This document shows positions 56,530 through 62,617 of a stretch of DNA of 62,617 bases, in pieces (positions within the stretch are counted from its first letter, which is position 1; each line of letters begins with the position of its first letter). A program made the translations under genes and the position numbers. The DNA is from a virus (Duplodnaviria; Caudoviricetes), in the IMG/VR virus record IMGVR_UViG_3300034106_002415, positions 1 to 62,617 of that record. One strand, given 5' to 3'. The notes under the pieces were generated by a model. The model was given only the letters and a program-made list of their open reading frames with translations. It had not been told where the DNA came from and searched no databases.

Positions 56530-58713
56530 ATGCCTAGCACGTATAGCAACCTCAAAATCCAGCTGATGGCCACGGGTGAGAACACCACCACGTGGGGCAA
56601 CGTCACCAACACCAACCTTGGTACGGCCATTGAAGAGGCTATCGTAGGTTCTGCTGACGTGGCGTTTTCTGACGCCAACGTCACCCTTACTTTGACGGAT
56701 ACCAACACTACGCAGTCCGCGCGCAACATGCGCCTCAACCTGACGGGCACTGCCACTGCGGGTTATAACCTCATCGTCCCGGCCATCGAGAAGCCGTACA
56801 TCATCAACAACGGTACCGATGGTACCATCACCGTCAAGAACACCACGGGCACAGGCGTCGCTGTCCCTGCTGGTAGCACCATGTGGGTATTCAATAACGG
56901 CACGAACGTCGTGAACGTCGTCACGTACATGACTGCCATTGCTGGTTCTAACACTTCCCCTTCCTACGCGTTTGCAGGGGACCTCAACACTGGCATGTGG
57001 TCGCCCGCCGCTGACACCATTGCGTTCAGCGAAGGCGGCGTTGAAGCTATGCGCATCGACAGCAGCGGCAACGTCGGGATCGGGACGACCAGCCCCGGTG
57101 CAAAGCTGGACGTGGTCGGGAGCGCAAGCTTTGGAGCCGCAATTTTAACCGGTACCGGACTTTCAACCGGTGATGCTCAACTGGAACTTGGCGGTAACCG
57201 CACCGGCTCCGGCCTTGCATATATTGACCTTCACGCCATTTCTGGTGGTGACTTCCAAGCCCGCCTCATCCGTTACGGCGGGGTCAACGGCGGCCTTGAC
57301 CTTATCCAGACCGGCACGGGTGGGATGGTCATCACTAACGAGGGCAGCGCCGACACCGTATTCAAAACCAATGCCACCGAACGTATACGCATCACCAACG
57401 CAGGCAACGTCGGGATTGGGGTGACTTCCCCGCCGCAGCTTCTGGCTGCCGGAAACGCCACGGATCAGGTTGGCGCAGGCGTATCTGGCGCGGTCTCAAC
57501 TGTGTATTTTGGATCGCCAAGCACTGGGTCTGGCGGCATTCGCCGTCTCGCCTATGATCGCGCCACTGGTAACTTTGATTTCATCGGCAACAGCGTTGCC
57601 AGCCCCACAACTCAGATGACCATCACTGCCGCAGGCAACGTCGGGATCGGGACGAGCAGCCCCGCCGTAAAGCTGGATGTGATCGGCGCCATCTACTCTC
57701 GTCCGGGCGAAGCAGCCGGTGCGGTCGCAGAGCTTACTGCGGATGCATCTTCCGGTGCCAATGGCATTTCGCTTATCGCCGGATTTACCAGTGGCGGCTA
57801 CGGCCCCATCAAGCTGCTGACCTCCGCCACAGAACGTATGCGCATCGACAGCAGCGGCAACGTTGGGATTGGTACTACTGGTGGCGACTTTGGGCGCTCT
57901 TGGCGTCTTGTGGCCAAAAACGATCAAAACGCGATTACTAACATCGGCGTTATCAACGCCAACACCGGAGCTTCTGCGTCTGCTCAAATCAGCAAAATTA
58001 CGGGTACAGGCAACAGTTTTGTTGACTGGGGACTGGCTGATAACAGCGGCTCGCCTTATGATGTTTTTTCCTACGGTTCAGCCGTTCAATATGTTTCGTG
58101 GGGTTTCGGCGGCTCTGAACGTATGCGCATCGCCAGCAATGGCTTTGTGGGTGTGGGCACTTCTACCAATAACGGTATTGATAAACTAACAGTCGCCGGC
58201 ATCGTTGGAGCGGTAACATCAGGGCGCTGCGGTCTTCATGTCTATAACGGCGGCGCGACTGCTGAATGGTTCATTGGTCAGCCCAGCGCGGCAAACCCTA
58301 ACCTGACCTTTAGTAAACTGGTTTCCGGCGTTTATACCGATTACTTTGTGATAGACACTGTGGGCGGCATCACATCCGCCGACGCCGCCGACGCCGTTGG
58401 CTACAAAGGCATCCCGCAAAACAGCCAGACGGCAACCTACACACTGGCCCTGTCGGATATGGGTAAGCACATCAGTATCACGTTTGGCGGTGTGGTTATC
58501 CCGGCTAACTCTGGCGTTGCGTTCCCCATCGGCTCGGCTGTCACGATCTTCAACAACAGCGGTAGCAGCCAAACTGTTTCAATCACCACCGACACACTGC
58601 GGCTTGCAGGCACTTCAACCACCGGGACTCGCAATTTGGCGCAGTATGGTATAGCCACAGTCATTAAAGTGACCTCTACTGTATGGGTCATATCTGGAGC
58701 AGGAGTAAGCTAA
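56530..58713 (+). CDS. Tail fibre protein
   Basis: MPSTYS...GEN..TWG..TN.N start; repeated RIxSxGNVGIGT units. Confidence 0.8.
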   Translation: MPSTYSNLKIQLMATGENTTTWGNVTNTNLGTAIEEAIVGSADVAFSDANVTLTLTDTNTTQSARNMRLNLTGTATAGYNLIVPAIEKPYIINNGTDGTITVKNTTGTGVAVPAGSTMWVFNNGTNVVNVVTYMTAIAGSNTSPSYAFAGDLNTGMWSPAADTIAFSEGGVEAMRIDSSGNVGIGTTSPGAKLDVVGSASFGAAILTGTGLSTGDAQLELGGNRTGSGLAYIDLHAISGGDFQARLIRYGGVNGGLDLIQTGTGGMVITNEGSADTVFKTNATERIRITNAGNVGIGVTSPPQLLAAGNATDQVGAGVSGAVSTVYFGSPSTGSGGIRRLAYDRATGNFDFIGNSVASPTTQMTITAAGNVGIGTSSPAVKLDVIGAIYSRPGEAAGAVAELTADASSGANGISLIAGFTSGGYGPIKLLTSATERMRIDSSGNVGIGTTGGDFGRSWRLVAKNDQNAITNIGVINANTGASASAQISKITGTGNSFVDWGLADNSGSPYDVFSYGSAVQYVSWGFGGSERMRIASNGFVGVGTSTNNGIDKLTVAGIVGAVTSGRCGLHVYNGGATAEWFIGQPSAANPNLTFSKLVSGVYTDYFVIDTVGGITSADAADAVGYKGIPQNSQTATYTLALSDMGKHISITFGGVVIPANSGVAFPIGSAVTIFNNSGSSQTVSITTDTLRLAGTSTTGTRNLAQYGIATVIKVTSTVWVISGAGVS

Positions 58714-59039
58714 TGCCCACTACCTACACTTGGTCTGTCATTCAGATGGACGCCTACCCGGAACTCGACGGTAATACCGATGTGGTCTTTACCGTTCACT
58801 GGACGCTGACCGGCACCGATGGCACTCACACTGCTGGTGTTTACGGCTCTGTCGGCGTGACGGTTGACCCGGACGCTCCGTTCACGCCTTATGCTGACCT
58901 GACGCAAGAGCAGGTGGTCGGCTGGGTGCAGAGCGCGCTGGGCGAAGAGCAGGTCGCTGCCTACGAAGCCAACGTCGCCACGCAGATTGCCAACCTCGCC
59001 AACCCACCTATCGTAACCCCACCGCTGCCTTGGAAGTAA
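58713..59039 (+). CDS. Tail fibre-associated protein
   Basis: ATG 58713 (TAATG); TYTW...VHW...FTPYADLT.EQV.GW...LPW pattern. Confidence 0.7.
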   Translation: MPTTYTWSVIQMDAYPELDGNTDVVFTVHWTLTGTDGTHTAGVYGSVGVTVDPDAPFTPYADLTQEQVVGWVQSALGEEQVAAYEANVATQIANLANPPIVTPPLPWK

Positions 59040-59043
59040 CCCT

Positions 59044-59538
59044 GTGAGTGGTATCCAGATGGCATTATTGGGCACGGCCCAAGGGACGTCGATTAGCTTA
59101 GGCTTCGACGCTAACTTCGTAATGACCTCTGATGGTACCGCCCCGTCGACTCAACAGGCCAGCTTTACCTTGGGGACCAATGCTACCGTAAGCTCATCAG
59201 CGGAGACCGTAACCTCGGCAGCGACCCGTTGGGGTTCGCCCACTACTGCCGGTATCGGAAGCGATTTTGAGGTGCGGTTAGAAGTCTCAAGTTTGACCGT
59301 TGAGGCGAGCGAACCCACATTGGTCCAGTTTGCGGGGGTCAACGTCACCGGCCTTGGAAACACGGCGTACTACGCGCTCTCGTCAGCGCGCTCCCTTGTG
59401 GTGCAAGCTACGTCGAACCCTACTGTGGGGAGTAGCGATTTCACGTCTATAGGTGGCACGGTACGCATCCGAGAGATTGCCAACACCGCCAACGAAACTA
59501 CCGCTACGTTCAGCCTGCTGACCAACGCAGACGTGTAA
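59044..59538 (+). CDS. Putative distal tail fibre/adhesin subunit
   Basis: MSGIQMALLG start; Thr/Ser-rich beta protein. Confidence 0.55.
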   Translation: MSGIQMALLGTAQGTSISLGFDANFVMTSDGTAPSTQQASFTLGTNATVSSSAETVTSAATRWGSPTTAGIGSDFEVRLEVSSLTVEASEPTLVQFAGVNVTGLGNTAYYALSSARSLVVQATSNPTVGSSDFTSIGGTVRIREIANTANETTATFSLLTNADV

Positions 59539-59548
59539 GGAGTAGTAG

Positions 59549-61471
59549 GTGCCCTTCATCAAGCTCCAGTTTAAGCCGGGTGTGAACCGCGACCAGACCG
59601 ACTACTCCAACGAGGGCGGCTGGTACGAGTGCGACAAAATTCGGTTTCGCTCCGGCTACCCGGAGAAGCTTGGTGGCTGGGTCAAGTCTACGCCTACCGC
59701 GTTTGACGGCGTCTGCCGCCAGATGTGGAACTGGATCACGACGTTCAATGACAACTTGCTGGCGCTGGGCACGAACGACAAAGTCTATATTGAGAACGGC
59801 GGCTACTTCAACGACATCACGCCCTTCGATCTTGCGCTAGCAGGGTCGAACACCTTTGCGGTGATTAACACCCAGAAGCTCGTCACGGTGACCACGACGA
59901 CCGCGCTTCCTTCATGGCTTGATACCGGCGAACCGGTGCTCATTGCCGGGTTTGCATCTGCTCTTGGCGGCATCCCCATTGGTGAGCTGAATGGCGTTCG
60001 CACGGTTACGGTAACCGGGGCCAATAGCTTTACGTTCGTTACAACGACAGCTGCTTCGTCCAATGCGTCCGTAAGTGGCGCGGGATATACGGTGCAAACC
60101 GAAATTGGTCCGGGTAACGCCATCTCGGTTACCGGTCTCGGCTGGGGTGCGGGTAGTTGGAGCCGAGGCGCATGGGGCCTCGGGGCTACCGATGGAGGTA
60201 TTAAGCTACCGCAGAGCGACTGGTGGTTTGACAACTTCGACAATGACCTTGTGATGAATATCCGTAACGATGCACCTTACTGGTGGAGTCGTGGAGCGAG
60301 CAATGACCCTTCTGCTTCACTGGCTACACATGCGATAACGCTTCAAGATTACGCGACAGCCGAAGGCTACACAGCAAGCTCGGTCCCCGTGCGGGTTATG
60401 CAGTTACTGGTATCACAGCAGGACAGACACCTCATCGCCTTTGGCGCGGTGCCGTTCGGTTCCACCGCCGGGGCGGACTTTGACCCTATGCTTATCCGCT
60501 GGGCTGACCAAGATACTCCGGGAGACTGGACTCCGTCGACGACTAATACTGCCGGTGACCTCCGTGTGTCTCGCGGTTCTAAAATTATCCGCGCGCTGCC
60601 GACCCGGCAGGAAATCTTGGTCTGGACCGACAGCCACCTCTACACGCTCCAGTTCCTCGGGACGACGGACGTCTTCGGTATTCAAGAATACGCTGACAGC
60701 ATATCGGTAGCCTCCCCGCGCGCCATGGCTTCGGCGGCCAACATCACCTACTGGATGGGTCAGGACAAGTTCTACGCCTACACAGGCCGCGTCGAGACGC
60801 TACCCTGCACCCTGCGTAACCACGTCTTTATGAACATCAACCGTGACCAGCTGGACCAGATTATCTGCGGTACCAACGAGCAGTGGAATGAGGTCTGGTG
60901 GTTCTATCCCACGGCGGACAGCAACTATAATAACGCCTATGTGGTCTATAACCACCTTGAGCGCCTCTGGTACTACGGGACGATTGACCGCACCGCGTGG
61001 CTCGATACCCCGCTCCGTGGATACCCGCAGGCTACGAATACCCCAGTTACGCTTGATGGTGTCACCGCTACTACTGGTCCCGGATATCTCTACAGCCACG
61101 AGAACGGCCTCAACGACGACGGTGCTGCGATGGTCAGCTACATCCAGTCGTCGGATTTTGACCTTGATGACGGCGACCAGTTCATGCTGACTCGGCGTAT
61201 CCTGCCTGACGTTGGGTTTGAAGGTTCGACGGCGGCTGCGCCGGAAGTTACCCTTACCGTGCGCCCGCGCAACTTCCCCGGTAGTACGTTCAGCGCAGAC
61301 GCTGCGGATACGCAGCGTGTTATCGAAACTTCGGTTGGCGTCTATACCGATCAGGTCTTTGTCCGCGCCCGCGCCCGCCAGATGGCACTTAAAGTGCGTT
61401 CCGAAAATCTTGGTGTGCAGTGGCAGCTTGGCGCACCGCGCCTTGACGCGCGTCCTGATGGTCGTCGCTGA
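59549..61471 (+). CDS. Tail nozzle/stabilisation protein (tubular protein B-like)
   Basis: KPGVNR, RFR.G.PEK.GGW, IRWADQ, EVWWFYP, RTAW.D and PDGRR motifs; propeller-like. Confidence 0.75.
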   Translation: MPFIKLQFKPGVNRDQTDYSNEGGWYECDKIRFRSGYPEKLGGWVKSTPTAFDGVCRQMWNWITTFNDNLLALGTNDKVYIENGGYFNDITPFDLALAGSNTFAVINTQKLVTVTTTTALPSWLDTGEPVLIAGFASALGGIPIGELNGVRTVTVTGANSFTFVTTTAASSNASVSGAGYTVQTEIGPGNAISVTGLGWGAGSWSRGAWGLGATDGGIKLPQSDWWFDNFDNDLVMNIRNDAPYWWSRGASNDPSASLATHAITLQDYATAEGYTASSVPVRVMQLLVSQQDRHLIAFGAVPFGSTAGADFDPMLIRWADQDTPGDWTPSTTNTAGDLRVSRGSKIIRALPTRQEILVWTDSHLYTLQFLGTTDVFGIQEYADSISVASPRAMASAANITYWMGQDKFYAYTGRVETLPCTLRNHVFMNINRDQLDQIICGTNEQWNEVWWFYPTADSNYNNAYVVYNHLERLWYYGTIDRTAWLDTPLRGYPQATNTPVTLDGVTATTGPGYLYSHENGLNDDGAAMVSYIQSSDFDLDDGDQFMLTRRILPDVGFEGSTAAAPEVTLTVRPRNFPGSTFSADAADTQRVIETSVGVYTDQVFVRARARQMALKVRSENLGVQWQLGAPRLDARPDGRR

Positions 61472-61773
61472 TGGCTCTTACTAAGTTCAGGGCGTCACCC
61501 CTACCCAACCCCCCGGCGCAGTACGACCCGCAGTACCTGCGACAGCTTATCCGCGTCATCGAGACTTACTTCTCCCAGCTGGACAGCAACACCCCCAACT
61601 ACGCGCAGTCGTACACGGCGGACACTTTTAACGGCATCGCCGCTACGAAGCAGGTCACCACGGCGGAGAAAAATGCGCTTACCCCTAGCGCAGGATGGGT
61701 AGTATTTGATACAACGTTGGACAAGTTATGCGTTTATAGCGGGTCCGCGTGGGAGACCGTGACTTCTGTTTGA
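61471..61773 (+). CDS. Small tail-associated protein
   Basis: LP.PP.QYD..Y..QL.R....YFSQLD pattern. Confidence 0.65.
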   Translation: MALTKFRASPLPNPPAQYDPQYLRQLIRVIETYFSQLDSNTPNYAQSYTADTFNGIAATKQVTTAEKNALTPSAGWVVFDTTLDKLCVYSGSAWETVTSV

Positions 61774-61815
61774 GTTGAGGCTATAAGCGTAGCCATAAGG
61801 TAGGAACGACGGCCT

Positions 61816-62617
61816 ATGAACGTACAGGCAATGCCGCCGATTAGCGCGTCAGCGAACAACACGTCCGTTGCGGGTCGTCCCCCCATGCTTGGTACTCCGG
61901 TGCCCGGTACCGCTGGTGGCCTTCCGGCGCAGGGCGGCTTATCTATTGCCAAGAACCCAATGGCCGAGCAGCTTCGGAGTTACGGACGCAACGGCGACTC
62001 CATGCTGGTCCACATGACTCCCGGCGAGGTCGGCGGTCTTCAACAACTTGCCATGGCTGCTGGTGGTTCTCTGACCATCAACCCCGACACCGGCCTACCC
62101 GAAGCAGGCTTTTTGGGTAAGCTTCTGCCGACCATCCTTGGCGCAGCCCTTGCCGCTACTGGTGTCGGCGCACCCCTTGCTGCTGGTATAGTCGGTCTGG
62201 GTCAGACCGCGCTCACTGGTGATATCGGTAAGGGGCTTATGGCGGGCCTCGGTGCGTTCGGTGGTGGCTCACTTGCTGGTGCTGCTGGTCTTGGTGGGGC
62301 AATCTCCAACAACGCCTTTGGCGCGCTGGGTAGTAAAGCAGGGATACTGGGCGCAAACATGGGTGCCGGCGCTGGTGCTGGTGCTCTTGGTGCTGGTAAA
62401 GCGGCAGCGTCCAATCTCCTACCGGGCGATGAAATTGCTATGCGGCTAGCGGAGGCAAAGACGCAGGCGGCGTCCAACCTCCTACCGGGCGATATGCTCG
62501 CTGAACAACTTGCTTCTCAAGCCACATCTCTACCCATTCCGGGCGATATGCTCGCTGAGCAACTCGCTTCTCAAGCCGCTCCCGCCGCCGGTGGTCTTGG
62601 TGTCACAGCTCCAGCAG
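61816..62617 (+). CDS. 5' part of the ~791-aa ejection/internal virion protein (continues at 51..1694)
   Basis: ATG 61816, open to the window end; GRNGDSMLVHMTPGEV...INPDTGLPE motif, Gly/Ala-rich hydrophobic region, PGDMLAEQLASQA repeats. Confidence 0.8.
   Translation, partial: MNVQAMPPISASANNTSVAGRPPMLGTPVPGTAGGLPAQGGLSIAKNPMAEQLRSYGRNGDSMLVHMTPGEVGGLQQLAMAAGGSLTINPDTGLPEAGFLGKLLPTILGAALAATGVGAPLAAGIVGLGQTALTGDIGKGLMAGLGAFGGGSLAGAAGLGGAISNNAFGALGSKAGILGANMGAGAGAGALGAGKAAASNLLPGDEIAMRLAEAKTQAASNLLPGDMLAEQLASQATSLPIPGDMLAEQLASQAAPAAGGLGVTAPA
62498..62617. repeat. Terminal direct repeat, copy 2
   Basis: Identical to 1-120. Confidence 0.95.

Noticed and set aside
1-62617. tRNA genes, integrase/att site, alternative genetic code
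   Set aside because: No cloverleaf or recombinase motifs seen by eye, and genes are intact under the standard code; tRNAscan-SE would be needed to fully exclude tRNAs.

Overview
The window is an apparently complete, circularly permuted dsDNA tailed-phage genome of about 62.5 kb (bases 1-120 are repeated exactly at 62498-62617, and one gene runs across the join). It has two opposed arms. The minus-strand arm (about 30.3 kb down to 10.4 kb) carries small early genes, a C5-methyltransferase-like gene, a family A DNA polymerase, a methyltransferase plus glycosyltransferase pair, nucleases, an SNF2 helicase, an SSB-like protein and a primase-helicase. The plus-strand arm (31.0 kb through the join to 10.4 kb) carries terminase, portal, GroES, scaffold, capsid, a cluster of small basic proteins, a lysis cassette, duplicated tail/receptor-binding proteins and large ejection-type proteins; the layout is podovirus-like. 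I saw no integrase, tRNA or CRISPR array. Two candidate undescribed systems stand out. (1) At least 11 minus-arm genes share an extended ribosome-binding site AGGAGCAA(A/G)C, and an antisense copy of it sits in a hairpin just before the terminator that ends that arm, which suggests a phage sRNA or decoy controlling many genes at once. (2) A family of small Lys-rich virion-module proteins shares a C-terminal KRADGxAxKGKT tag and [MFY]-[AK]-x-G-G motifs that also occur in the ejection proteins, which suggests a capsid cargo-loading and di-glycine processing code. All protein calls come from motif recognition by eye; no database search was run.
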